A DNA stretch of 64,000 nt from Nitrospirota bacterium (lineage in GTDB: Bacteria; Nitrospirota; UBA9217): the NCBI GenBank assembly GCA_963845065.1, contig CAWJQQ010000008.1, positions 96,001-160,000 on the forward strand. Direction: 5' to 3'. This document shows, piece after piece, positions 9,938-20,588 of the stretch; the first letter of the stretch is position 1; every line of letters begins with the position of its first letter. Position numbers and translations under genes: made by a program. The notes beneath the pieces are model-generated. The model saw only the letters and a program-made list of their open reading frames with translations, searched no databases and had not been told where the DNA came from.

Positions 9938-11098
9938 TTATTTCGTCCAGCCCGGGAAAGGCCAGATGGGTTTCTTCGCCGCATCTTTCAGAGGCCACAC
10001 GGTCTCGTCCTTCCCGTCCTGCACTTGATCGACCAGCATCACAGCTTTGCGCTGATTCTGGTATCCGTCGTAATCCTGGAAACGAACCTCGCCGAGGATT
10101 CCGTTCCATTTTCCAGTATGGAGCGTCTCGCGCGTCTTCTCTCGGTCGCCACCTGAAGCCGCTGCAGCTTGGCCCATAATCATCATCGATTCGTAGGCGC
10201 ACGCCGCGTGGTACGTAGGCGGCTTGCCGAATTGCTTTATATATCGTTTAAACCATGCCTTGGATCCTGGCCACGGCGCATTCTCAGTCCACTGCGTGGA
10301 TGAGAAGACACCCTGACTGATCTGCTTCTCTTGGGCGAACTGCTCTACCGAGAACCCCGCGCCGGCTCCGAGGAAAGCCATAGGCGTAAGCCCTATCTCG
10401 CGCGACTGGCGCATCAGCAGGATAGCGTCGGCCACATAAGAGACCATGAACACGAGATCCGGATGCAGGGCCTTCACCTTCGCGAGCGTGGAGCGGTAGT
10501 CAGGCGATCCCTTCGAGTAGGACTCCTCAAAGACCACCTTGATGCCCTTTTGTTCTGCGATAGTTTTGGCGCTCTGAGCTCCTGAGACACCGAAATCAGT
10601 GTTTTCGTTCAGAATGGCGACGGTCTTGGGCTTGCCGAGGGTCGTAGCGAGATCAAACAAAACACCTGCATAGTCGCTTGTAGTGGCCGAGACTCGGTAG
10701 GTCCACTTATAGCCCTGCCGTGTGATCTCCTCCTTCGAAGCCGCGGGTATAATGAGCGGGATCTTGTAGCGCTCCGCCATCTTGGCGTCGGCGTTCGCCG
10801 TGGCCGAGGTGTAGGGACCCACAATGCCCGTTACGTTGTCCCGGGTCGCAAGTTTCTCGAAAGCCGCAAGCGACTTGTCGGGCTTGCCGCTGTCATCCTC
10901 TTTAACGAGATCAACATCAATCCCCATTTTACCCAGGTCCTCTATGGCAAGGGTCACCCCGTCCGACAGGTTCTCGCCAATCGGGGCTTCAGGACCAGTG
11001 ATCGAATTGATAAACCCGAGTTTGATGTTTGCTGCCTGGGAAGGGCCAGGAAGCGCCAAGCACAAGACAAGCAAAACGAAAATCATCTTCTTAACCAT
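9938..11098 (-). CDS. livK: Branched-chain amino acid ABC transporter substrate-binding protein
   Basis: Signal peptide; IKLG..SITGP, GPYTS and ENTDFG motifs; first gene of the liv operon. Confidence 0.88.
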   Translation of the reverse strand: MVKKMIFVLLVLCLALPGPSQAANIKLGFINSITGPEAPIGENLSDGVTLAIEDLGKMGIDVDLVKEDDSGKPDKSLAAFEKLATRDNVTGIVGPYTSATANADAKMAERYKIPLIIPAASKEEITRQGYKWTYRVSATTSDYAGVLFDLATTLGKPKTVAILNENTDFGVSGAQSAKTIAEQKGIKVVFEESYSKGSPDYRSTLAKVKALHPDLVFMVSYVADAILLMRQSREIGLTPMAFLGAGAGFSVEQFAQEKQISQGVFSSTQWTENAPWPGSKAWFKRYIKQFGKPPTYHAACAYESMMIMGQAAAASGGDREKTRETLHTGKWNGILGEVRFQDYDGYQNQRKAVMLVDQVQDGKDETVWPLKDAAKKPIWPFPGWTK

Positions 11099-11565
11099 AC
11101 TTTGTTCCTCCTTAACTAGAGATATGATATACCGTAAAATCGGCTAATAATAAATATAGTATATAATTGTCAATAGTCAAATTTTTTGAGTAGGGGTGGA
11201 TATTTCCCAGTCAAGAGAGTACAACAAGTCGGTCATAATAGCAAGGGGTTGGGCAAGAAAATTTTATGATGCTTGTTAATGAGAATATACTTTTGGTTAT
11301 GATCATGAAGATCCCTCAAATTTTTTGACATAAGTAAGAGTGTCTGAATAACATTTCTAGAGTCGCCATGTTGGATTTCAGATTGTGCCAGTACGCAAAA
11401 AAAATCTATCGTAAGCATGGAACTTTAGTATAACAAATAAATTGGCTTTTAGCTAAATCTGTTGCCCATTAAATAGCTATTTTTAAAATCATCCAACAAC
11501 GCAAGAACGTATGTGATATATTTATTATTATAGTTAGATATTTCAACCACGAAGGAGGAATAAAA

Positions 11566-12039
11566 ATGAAGACGGTAAAAGCGATTTCTCTCATTGCGTT
11601 TACGATTTTTTTAACAGCCTCTCTTAGTTTGGCGGCTACTCATGGCGTGTTCAAGGCAAAACTTACAGGCAAGCAGGAAGTTCCCGCTACAGTGACAAAA
11701 GGAACAGGTGAGGCTATATTTAAATTAAGCAAAGATGGGAAGGAGATCACCTACATCCTGAAGGTAAAAGGCATCGAAAATATCAGAGCAGCGCATATAC
11801 ATGCTGGAAAGATGGGTGAAGAAGGGGCAGTGTTAGTCGGTCTATTTGGGGGACCAAAAAAAGAAGGCATGTTTAGCGGAGTTCTTGCCAAAGGCACTAT
11901 CAAGGATATGAATCTGGTAGGCCCTCTGGCAGGGAAGACGATTGGGGACCTCGTCGAACTGCTCAAGAGCGGCGGGACTTATGTCAACGTCCACACCGAT
12001 AAGTACCCAGGTGGTGAATTACGCGGTCAGGTCGAGTAA
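11566..12039 (+). CDS. Secreted CHRD-domain protein
   Basis: LTGKQEVP, AAHIH and YVNVHTDKYPGGELRGQ motifs; signal peptide; GGAGG RBS. Confidence 0.92.
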   Translation: MKTVKAISLIAFTIFLTASLSLAATHGVFKAKLTGKQEVPATVTKGTGEAIFKLSKDGKEITYILKVKGIENIRAAHIHAGKMGEEGAVLVGLFGGPKKEGMFSGVLAKGTIKDMNLVGPLAGKTIGDLVELLKSGGTYVNVHTDKYPGGELRGQVE

Positions 12040-12094
12040 ATAAGTAAATAAGGGGATGGTCAATCACCATCATGTTGTCAGCTATTCGAATTAC

Positions 12095-12132
12095 AAGCGG
12101 AGTGGGGAGAGAGTCCCGACTCCGCTTTTTTT
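12095..12132 (+). terminator. Intrinsic terminator after the CHRD gene
   Basis: Stem AAGCGGAGTGGGGA/TCCCGACTCCGCTT followed by a T-run. Confidence 0.75.
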
Positions 12133-12246
12133 CTGGCGCAAAGAAGTGCGTATAACGAAGAAAAAAAAGAAGAAAGTGATTAAACGTGACAATATAGGCG
12201 GTAAAACATATCATTATACCTAATTGTTTGAATCACGAGGCACAAA

Positions 12247-13950
12247 ATGATGATGGAAAGATGTACGACAATTGATTGTCGCAGCATGGACACGGAAGAA
12301 TCCGTGGAAAAACAAGAAAATTTGGAAACAGGCAGTCATGATCGTCAACTGACCATCCAACAGTATGATCAGCTTCTTCAATCGCTTCCTAATGGGGTGG
12401 TTCTTATCAGCAAGGAACGGACGATAGTCCATATCAATGCTCAATTGGAGAAGATGTTCGGTTACCGGAAAGAGGAATTGCTTGAGAAAAATATCGAGAT
12501 CCTCATGCCCGAGCGCTTTCACGCCCGTCATCGCAAGCATGTGGCGGACTATGTTGCCAATCCTCGCGTTCGTTCCATGGGTAGTGGACTTGAACTGTTT
12601 GGACTGAGAAAGGACGGCACAGAGTTCCCCATCGATATCAGCCTGAGTTATTTAACAAGGGATGGAGAAGTATTTCCCCTGGCGGTCGTAAGGGACATCA
12701 CGGAGCAGAAAAATGCCGAGCACAAGATCGCGTTGAATTACCAGATCCAGAAGACCATCAGCTCGGTCCTGAAGATATCACTGGAGCCCATATCGCTCGA
12801 GGAGCAGCTCAGTCACGTTCTTGATCTGATACTCACGATCCCGGGTTTTGCTATGCATGCGAGGGGGAGCATCTACCTTGTTGCTAAGGATAAGGACCCA
12901 AAAACACTCGAGTTGAAGGCAATGCACGGATTTTCCGTGGCACAGGTAGATTCCTGCAAAACTGTTTCACTCGAGAAAGGCCTTACCGCTGTACAAGCGG
13001 CATCCTGTCAGATCATTACAGCCGATTGCCTTGAGGTGCCTCACGATATTCAGTATGCGGTTTCAAACTTCGCAGGGCAGTATTGCGTTCCTATCGTTAT
13101 TGGCAAGAGGACTCTGGGGATGGTCAATGTGGCAGTGACGGGGGAGCACCGGCGCATATCGGAAGAAGAGGAGTTTCTTGCAGCAATCGCAAATTCACTT
13201 GCCGGACTCATCGAGCGGCATGACTCGGAAATGGAAAAAAACCGTCTTCGGGAACAGCTCCACGAATCGGAGAAACTCGCGGCCCTCGGGAGGATTACGG
13301 CCAACGTTTCACACACGATCAAAAATCCGTTGATGGCCATCGGCGGGTTCGCGAACAGGTTGGTTGATAAACTGCCAGAAGGGACCAAGGAAAAAAAATA
13401 TGCAGGATTGATCTTCACGGAGGCTGTCAGACTTGAAAATGTACTGCAGAACGTGCTCCTCTTTTCGAGGCGAGACGCCAACCGCAGGGAGGAATGCAAT
13501 GTACATGAAATAATCGAGAGGGCGTTGATGATGTATGAAGACATCTGCAGGGGAAAATCCATTGTCATCAGAAGTCATTTCGCAGATGTCCCCGCCGTCT
13601 TTGGAAACAAGGAACAAATCCTTCAGGCCGTAGAGAATATTCTCTCCAATGCCATTGATGCAATGCCCCTGGGCGGGACCCTGACGGTAGGCATTAACGA
13701 AGAGCAGATACGCGAAATTTCGTATGTGGCAATAAACGTGCAGGATACCGGTCAGGGTATCGAGGCGGAAAATATCAACAGAATATTCGAACCCTTTTTT
13801 ACAACGAAATTGCTCTTAAAAGGTACGGGTTTGGGTCTCTCGATTACCAAGAAGGTTGTAGAAGAACACGACGGATTTATTCGGGTCGACAGCAAGATAG
13901 GCATCGGTACGACTTTCAGCCTCTTCCTCCCCACTCAGTCGCATGCTTGA
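12247..13950 (+). CDS. PAS-GAF sensor histidine kinase
   Basis: PAS/PAC (LMPERF..RKDGTEFPIDISLS), GAF, H-box VSHTIKNPL, and N/G1/F/G2 boxes. Confidence 0.9.
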   Translation: MMMERCTTIDCRSMDTEESVEKQENLETGSHDRQLTIQQYDQLLQSLPNGVVLISKERTIVHINAQLEKMFGYRKEELLEKNIEILMPERFHARHRKHVADYVANPRVRSMGSGLELFGLRKDGTEFPIDISLSYLTRDGEVFPLAVVRDITEQKNAEHKIALNYQIQKTISSVLKISLEPISLEEQLSHVLDLILTIPGFAMHARGSIYLVAKDKDPKTLELKAMHGFSVAQVDSCKTVSLEKGLTAVQAASCQIITADCLEVPHDIQYAVSNFAGQYCVPIVIGKRTLGMVNVAVTGEHRRISEEEEFLAAIANSLAGLIERHDSEMEKNRLREQLHESEKLAALGRITANVSHTIKNPLMAIGGFANRLVDKLPEGTKEKKYAGLIFTEAVRLENVLQNVLLFSRRDANRREECNVHEIIERALMMYEDICRGKSIVIRSHFADVPAVFGNKEQILQAVENILSNAIDAMPLGGTLTVGINEEQIREISYVAINVQDTGQGIEAENINRIFEPFFTTKLLLKGTGLGLSITKKVVEEHDGFIRVDSKIGIGTTFSLFLPTQSHA

Positions 13951-14034
13951 ACGTACGAACAATGAGACATATCAGCCAGATCCAGTTGCTAATTTTATGC
14001 ATTACCAACGCACCAGCATGCCTGTTACAGAAGA

Positions 14035-14493
14035 TCATATATTTAGCGAATTGATGAGATTGTCGACCCACATAACAAGGTCGGTCTTGTCCTTTGGAGG
14101 ACCATCGACACGGAGGATTTGTGCACCGCTTCGATAGACAATGAATGTCGGCGTTTTTTCAATCTTAAAGCGTTGTGAGAGAATCACATCCGAGTCGATA
14201 TCGACTTTCAGTACTTTAAGCTTCCCTACCCGTTTCTGGGCAAGATCATTCAACACAGGCTCGAATATCTTGCAATAAACGCAGAGACGGGCTGTGAACA
14301 CGACGAGAAGCGTTTCAGCCCAATATGAAACCGTCCGGTCGAAGCTATCGGCTCTGGTCCATTCGGGTTGAGAGGGAACTTCCAAATTCGTCTTGCAATT
14401 CCAACAGAGCGGTTTTTTCCCGAGTTTGTCCAGGGGTACTCGGCTCAACTGCAGGCAGGTCCTGCACCGGATCTTGATTGAAGTATCGGCCAT
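14035..14493 (-). CDS. Thioredoxin-2 (TrxC)-like protein with N-terminal zinc ribbon
   Basis: CRTC..CWNC zinc ribbon followed by a thioredoxin fold with CVYC and a KTPT cis-Pro motif. Confidence 0.8.
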   Translation of the reverse strand: MADTSIKIRCRTCLQLSRVPLDKLGKKPLCWNCKTNLEVPSQPEWTRADSFDRTVSYWAETLLVVFTARLCVYCKIFEPVLNDLAQKRVGKLKVLKVDIDSDVILSQRFKIEKTPTFIVYRSGAQILRVDGPPKDKTDLVMWVDNLINSLNI

Positions 14494-15441
14494 TCGTGAT
14501 CTCGTTTCCTTAGATTTGGTTGAAACTGTTCTTGCCCGATTGAACGGGGATGTTATCCTTGAGCTTCCGGCATCGACAATTCTTCATAGAAAGGCCGATT
14601 GTCGCAGGAATAGTTTTTTATAAGAGTAGTGTATGCAAAGAAGCTAAAATAGTCAAGTACGAGCATATTATTCAATATTGCTCCTTTGACCGAAGGTGCT
14701 GATTTCACAGATTTATCACTCTTACCAAAAACATCCATCCAAACGACGTATTGGTTGTGGGATGAATTGGGTGGCTCTAAATTTCCCCAATAATTGATAA
14801 ACTGAACAAAAGTATAATATATTGCATGAATTTCCCACATCCATATCATAATAGCAATGCCAGCCTAAAAACCCGCTTGTTTGTAATAGAGCAACACCAG
14901 GATACCTAATGGCATGGCTTACAGCTAGGTGACTAAAAAACGTACTGCATCGCTCGATTCCTGCCGGGAAAACAATACTGAATCAGAATATTTTGCCCGA
15001 CGGTAAACTCCATGACGTTGTTGTCATCCGGAAGAAGTTTCTGGCAGCGGCCAATGCTTTTATCGATACCATATTCCTGCCGGAGCCGCTAATAAGCACG
15101 GGAACGAGTAAAGAGATATTATTCATCCTGACCACCGTCCAGAAAACCATGAGGAAAGGTTTTAACAAGGCGTATGTAGAAAAGTCCTGCCTGGTCATTC
15201 CAGCAGCCATTGATCAAGTAGAAAGCAAATACTTTAATTGCATTTATCGACGGTTACTACAGTGCGCCACCAAGACAGATGAGAAAGATCCGTTGAAGCG
15301 GCAATACCTCAATATCCCTGAAATCATACAGAATAAAGTCAGCCTGAACGCAGGCGTCAGCGCTATTGCCGCGGCAGCGATAAGATGTCAGTACAGACTT
15401 TCAGCGTCATGAAATACGGCAAAACAGGGACTTCGACGCCC

Positions 15442-16824
15442 TTACCCCGCAATCCTTCCGAAAAACATTTCCAGCCTGAATAAGATCCCGGGTATTATGT
15501 CAAAATTATTGCTCTGCGGGAACCTGACCTGGGGGGACACTTCAAAAAAAAGCCACTCCCGCCAGAAGCTGTGGCGATACCTAATTCTGAAGTCGATTTC
15601 CGTCAGTTCGTCGACTGGCCTGGTTTGCCAGGTGTTGATCCATTCGTACTCAACGGCGTGAGTCGGGTCGAAGGGCTCGCGCAACAGAAAAGCAAGACTG
15701 TAAGTATATCCGACGACCCGCGAGGCCCAGACCCCGTCAATGGTCGTGCGGAAAAATAAATCTTTCGGCAACTGGCGCTCGAATTCTAGGCGCGAGTCCA
15801 TTTGCCAAGCTGTGTCCGTTCTCCAGAGGACTTCCTGGGTGAACCTGATCTTCCAGACGGGAAACGGGAAGAGTAAGCGATAGCGGGGCTCGATCAAAGG
15901 TACAGGTTTGAATTTGCTGAACTGGACGCCGCTCATGACGATGAAGTTTTCTTTTGGAGTCGTCTTAAAAAAGTATTGAAGCGCGGTCGTGAAGTTCGCC
16001 TGCTCCACTTCTCCGAAACGTTCAGCGGGGGTTAGCACCGGAGTACCAGGGCCGGTAAGGGTTTCGGACGGTGCTGCCGAGAATGCGATGTGCGTCTTAC
16101 GTTCCAGTTCCGGGAGGGCTAGCCGCAGATCGAAGGCGGGCTTAAATGTGGACGGGGCATACTTTTCCTTGAAGAAATCATACCGGAACCGTACGTACGA
16201 CTGATTTTTTTCCTTGACATAGTTTGCATCGGCGAAGAAAGAATCCAACCATTCAGCCGTCGACAGAAGCTTCCTAGATAACTGGCCGTGCAGCGTATCT
16301 ACGAACCCTAATTCAGGCTTGACTTCTGCAGGTTTTGCTGGTCCAATAAAGGGATGGGGTTCCTTTTCTTCGGAGGGCGACAGAGAATTTGTCGGCGACG
16401 TCTGCACTGGCTGGTACCGGGGAGGTGATTCATTTTCTTCTGTGGGCGACAGAGAATTTGTAGACGACGTCTGCACTTCCTGCTGCCGGAGAGGTGATTC
16501 AGACACCGGCTTGCCTTCTCCCGGTTTCGCTGGTCCCGCAGAGGGTTGGAGGTTCTTTTCTTCCGAAGGCGACAGAGAACTTGTCGGCGCTGTCTGCACT
16601 TCCTGATGCCCGAGAGGTGATTCAGGCATGGTGGGACTTTCTTCTGCCCATGCAAGGCCTGCGAACGCAACTCCGGCAGCGGATGATTTCCTGCAGAAGA
16701 GCGAGGAATTGAGCGCGGTTGGGGAATGGAGAATGGCAATCACCATGACCATCCCCCATATATAATGTTGGGCACTTTTTGGCAACGGATATGTAGCTCC
16801 TAAATAAAGAACTAGTGTCTTCAA
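15442..16824 (-). CDS. Hypothetical exported or outer-membrane protein with N-terminal P/S/E/Q-rich repeats
   Basis: Long ORF; low-complexity repeats precede an aromatic, beta-strand-like domain (WLDSFF..WREWLFFEVSPQVRFP..LEMFF). Start codon uncertain. Confidence 0.7.
   Translation of the reverse strand: MKTLVLYLGATYPLPKSAQHYIWGMVMVIAILHSPTALNSSLFCRKSSAAGVAFAGLAWAEESPTMPESPLGHQEVQTAPTSSLSPSEEKNLQPSAGPAKPGEGKPVSESPLRQQEVQTSSTNSLSPTEENESPPRYQPVQTSPTNSLSPSEEKEPHPFIGPAKPAEVKPELGFVDTLHGQLSRKLLSTAEWLDSFFADANYVKEKNQSYVRFRYDFFKEKYAPSTFKPAFDLRLALPELERKTHIAFSAAPSETLTGPGTPVLTPAERFGEVEQANFTTALQYFFKTTPKENFIVMSGVQFSKFKPVPLIEPRYRLLFPFPVWKIRFTQEVLWRTDTAWQMDSRLEFERQLPKDLFFRTTIDGVWASRVVGYTYSLAFLLREPFDPTHAVEYEWINTWQTRPVDELTEIDFRIRYRHSFWREWLFFEVSPQVRFPQSNNFDIIPGILFRLEMFFGRIAG
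16312..16623 (-). repeat. Three in-frame diverged direct repeats (about 123, 69 and 120 bp)
   Basis: Each unit begins GAATCACCTC and encodes ESP..Q.VQT..T.SLSP.EE; unit starts at 16623, 16500 and 16431. Confidence 0.9.
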
Positions 16825-17253
16825 TGAAGATAGGCAAAGGCGGGATGAAAGTCAAGCAGGAATGGGCCCGTTACAGCGCGTCGACGGAATTGTATTCTCT
16901 TGGTAAGGTAGGGCATAAAAGGCGTCCCTGACAACCCCCTTTTTTATTATTCTGCGCTGTAAAACCCTGACTCATTAGGAAGGGTATATAGTGCTGTTTG
17001 TGAAGCAACCAGGAAATATTACTTCTAGCATTAGGTTGACAATTCTAATTAATATAGTAAATAATAGGGGGAAAACCACTCCCTGTTACCGGACCGCCTG
17101 GAGAAATACCGGGCGAGCAACATCAGCCCATGAATCGGGAACGAGGCAAACATCTTTGCCGCATCCGAAAACAGAATCAGCATTGGTATAAGTTGTAGAG
17201 TCTGATTCGGGAATCCTTGCCCTTAAGGCCGGGAAGGAAAACAAGGAGCTATT

Positions 17254-17838
17254 ATGCTTTGTTATGATGATGCCTTGAAACTGCTCTATTGTTACGGCGG
17301 GGATACGGCCTGGATCAGGCATTGCCTGGCTGTTTCCCGGGTCGCAAAACGCGTCGGGGAAATCATGGTGCAAAGATGCACACTTGACACTGAATACCTC
17401 ACCACCGGTGCGCTTTTGCATGATATCGGAAGGTATAAAACGCATCATCCGATCCTGCACGGTGTCGAGGGTTTCCGGCTACTGACGAGCCTCGGTCATG
17501 ATCGAGAAGCCTTCATCTGCGCATCACACATTCTGTACGGAATGGCAAGCGCTGAAGCGGCACTCTACGGCCTCCCCCCCCAAGATTATATCCCCACAAC
17601 ACTCGAAGAACGTCTTGTACCGCTTATTGACGGAGTGGTCGAGTTTGACAAGCCGACTACCTTCGCAAAACGCTGTGAATCAATCTCTCAACGCTACCTA
17701 GGCAATGAACCATTTTTGAGGAGATTTGCAGATGCGGCAGCACGGGCGGAGGAAATGCTGGATCAGTTGCACAGCGACTTCGGCATTTCGGTCGAACAAA
17801 TTGCTTCGGAAACCCTCAGAGACCGAGAAGTCTTTTGA
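17254..17838 (+). CDS. HD/HDIG-domain metal-dependent phosphohydrolase
   Basis: HCLAV, LLHDIGR, HGVEG and PTTLEE motifs; AAGGAG RBS. Confidence 0.85.
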   Translation: MLCYDDALKLLYCYGGDTAWIRHCLAVSRVAKRVGEIMVQRCTLDTEYLTTGALLHDIGRYKTHHPILHGVEGFRLLTSLGHDREAFICASHILYGMASAEAALYGLPPQDYIPTTLEERLVPLIDGVVEFDKPTTFAKRCESISQRYLGNEPFLRRFADAAARAEEMLDQLHSDFGISVEQIASETLRDREVF

Positions 17839-18013
17839 ATGGAATTTATTGCTTCGGGTCCAGCGTCATGCGCTTCAATCTTGTCAATTATCGAAGGAAT
17901 GCGTTCTAAACTCAGTGGCATTGTGCCATCTCTCAGACTCACTCGGAAATAATCGAGACCATTACATCCGTGGTATATTTATAGTAAAACGTCTTAAAAA
18001 AGGAGGCGCAACT

Positions 18014-18397
18014 ATGAAATACCTTGTTCTCTTGGGAAGGATCTTGTATGTGGCCATCTTCTTAATGGCCGGGCCGAATCATTTTACTGCCGGGGCAATC
18101 GGTTACGGTGCCAGTAAAGGTGTGCCCATGGCATCGATTGTAGTCCCCATAGCGGGGATAATCGCTTTTGTAGGCGGGCTGAGTATCCTACTGGGATATA
18201 AAGCGAAGTACGGCGCGTGGCTTATCATCGTCTTTCTCTTGCCGGTTACATTCATGATACACAATTTCTGGACCTATGCCGATCCGATGCAAGCGCAGGA
18301 GCAGATGGTTAACTTCATGAAAAATCTCTCCATGCTGGGCGCCGCGTTCATGATCGCGCACTACGGTTCAGGACCGCTCAGCTTGGATAAAAAATAA
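18014..18397 (+). CDS. DoxX-family membrane protein
   Basis: LLGRIL, GGLSILLG, HNFW and NFMKNLSMLG motifs; AGGAGG RBS before ATG 18014. Confidence 0.9.
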   Translation: MKYLVLLGRILYVAIFLMAGPNHFTAGAIGYGASKGVPMASIVVPIAGIIAFVGGLSILLGYKAKYGAWLIIVFLLPVTFMIHNFWTYADPMQAQEQMVNFMKNLSMLGAAFMIAHYGSGPLSLDKK

Positions 18398-18432
18398 ATA
18401 ATATCATTCAAAAACAAATAAAGGAAATGCTA

Positions 18433-18630
18433 ATGAGTGTTATCACCCGCGTCGTTATCTTCACTGCTTTGGCGGCCTTGCTCCTTACTGTATTCAAGAG
18501 CCCTTTTTTTGTTGCCGAATAGCCGGCTATTACTATCGACAGAACCAGGACCACGCTAATGGTTATGGATTATCAAAGCGATATTGTAAACATCCTTCCG
18601 GAAAAAGACCGGGCGCCTTTGCTGGCGAAC
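18433..18630 (+). pseudogene. 5' remnant of an isochorismatase-family cysteine hydrolase with signal peptide
   Basis: Reads MSVITRVVIFTALAALLL..AE*PAITIDRTRTTLMVMDYQSDIV; in-frame TAG at 18520-18522; truncated by fusion to transposase sequence. Confidence 0.6.
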
Positions 18631-19752
18631 CAGAGAGTGATGAATAAGGATGAACTAAGAGTTTTGCTGAAATTTGTCGACGACGAGCTTGAGGAATGGT
18701 CAAGACAGGATAGCCGGGAAGACAGCGAGTTCGGCGACTTGCGGGGAAGCGATCAGTTGCTGCAACAGAGCAAGAAGACCATTCGGAAAGCGGCACAATA
18801 TTACATCAAGAAGGTCCGTGAGAAAGGGCCGTCTTTTAAAGAAGAAATACAAAATCGTCTTGAAAATGCCAAGAGGGAAGCAGACGACCAGAAGCTAAAG
18901 AAGGTCAGCATCACTGACCCGGAAAGCCGCTTTATGAAGAACAAGAAAGGTCGGATCGAGCTATCCTATAGTCCTCAGATCACGGTAGACAAAGAAGGGT
19001 TCATCCTAGCGAATGACGTGACGCAGAGCCCCGTCGATACCGGGCAGCTGCAACCTCAGGTTCTCCAGACAGAAGAGAACGTGGGACGGATGCCTGAAGG
19101 TGTTGCCTGGAGTTTTGATGCGGCCTACTTTGAAGGCGCTAATATCAGGTTTCTGGCAGACAGGAAGATCGATGGCTACATACCGGATAACAATGAAAAG
19201 AAAGGAGTAGCTCCCTTTGACAAGGAGCATTTTGAATACGACGCGATCAGGGATGAATATTGATGCCCGGGAAACAAGCCGCTACCCTTTCTGGGAGCAC
19301 ATTTTGACAAGCTGAAGAACAAGATATATAAAGGTAATGCATGCCCTACTTGCCAGAGCCAGAGCAAATGTACGAAGCGGAAAGATGGGATACGATATCT
19401 CAAGATGTATCCATGGGAGACAGAGAGAAACTCCATGGTGGCGAAGATGAAGACGCCGCAAGCAAAAGGGGTATATAAGCTACGACAGCAAATCGTGGAA
19501 CCGGTCATCGGAGACATCAAGGAGAATCAAGGACTGCGGGCATTCTTAGCCAGAGGTATACAGGGGGCAAAGACAGAGTTCAATCTGGCCTGTGCAGCAA
19601 GGAATCTGAAGAGAATCTGGTTATGTCTTCGGAAGAAAGAAGGAGATGGGGGATAAAACACCTCGTCAGATCCGGCTCCAATCGCCATTTCAGTTAGCTT
19701 ATTAGTTTTGTTCTGAAGATATCCCCATAGAACAATGAATTGTCGGACAGCC
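18630..19752 (+). mobile_element. Truncated IS1182-family element (transposase pseudogene and right end)
   Basis: SITDPESRFMK, FDAAYF, DEY*CP, C..C....C and YKLRQQIVEPVIGDIK..G.R.F..RG motifs; in-frame TGA at 19261-19263; 5' part absent; probable terminal IR GAATTGTCGGACAGCC at 19737-19752. Confidence 0.85.
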
Positions 19753-20588
19753 TGGTGAGGCCGGGGAGGATGTCAAAAAATTGAATCGTCACGGTTCATT
19801 GGTTCGGAATAAATCATGAAAATTACCGTTGCTATCCCTCCTTGGCAGGGAAGGTCATTGAAAAGTCTTTCTCTTTGCTGCTGAAAACCGGCAGCGGTGT
19901 TTGCGAAGATAACGGATGTCGTCATGCTGGTTTCCCCAAAACGTATGGCTATTGTGAACGAAGAAGATGGTTTATTCGGAAGAAAGTTAAATGATCAGAA
20001 CTTTTCCACGCGGACAATGAGGCACGGAGGAAATCAGATACTTTCCTATTTTTTCTTGACCTGTCTCTGCGTCGCTGTAGTCCGCTGTGTTTGTCGACAA
20101 AAAAATTCCGCTATTCCTGATGACCGAACAGAAAGGCGGGGAGGGGGCACGATTGTAGAGATTGACGATTGTTTTGAAAACATTGCAGTGATTTATTTGG
20201 GAAAGCAATGTTGATTATAAGCTACAGGATTGCGCACCAACCCGAACCCTTCCACGAGTTCCATGCTGGGTATTGGGGGTTATCGACCTAGCTATCCTCT
20301 TCGTTGCTATAATTCCTTGCCGGCGGATAACTCGTCCCAGTCGCCGAATTTTTTATTTTTTCACTGATAGCGCAAACGCAGTACCAGCGTTGAAATCTAT
20401 AGAATATAAAGTATCAGATGCAAGTCAATTCTCGATAATTAGAAAAGGTACAGATTAAGTAGTATTGCGAATCCAAAGCTGCGAAACTCCATACTCCACA
20501 TGCTTTAGCGGAGCGAGTACTTCAAACATGTGACTTTGGACTATGGTAAGAATGAGTTTGAGGGGGTGAACGAAACCTGCCTATTCTA

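Noticed and set aside
14553..15412. ORFs 14553-14849, 14983-15210 and 14993-15412 as genes, or a desaturase-like remnant
   Set aside because: No RBS or recognisable motif and no His boxes; possibly a decayed gene, but its identity cannot be supported.
16312..16623. CRISPR-like array
   Set aside because: Units are in-frame coding repeats without unique spacers, and no cas genes are present.
17066..17105. ZTP (pfl) or c-di-AMP riboswitch
   Set aside because: Only fragments match (GACCGCCTGG, GGGGGAAAACCAC); the other conserved elements are absent.
19261..19263. In-frame TGA as selenocysteine or programmed readthrough
   Set aside because: It lies at a variable position in a 5'-truncated transposase and no SECIS-like hairpin is evident; a nonsense mutation is simpler.
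19897..20458. Short ORFs downstream of the IS remnant
   Set aside because: No RBS or family motif; likely non-coding or decayed sequence.
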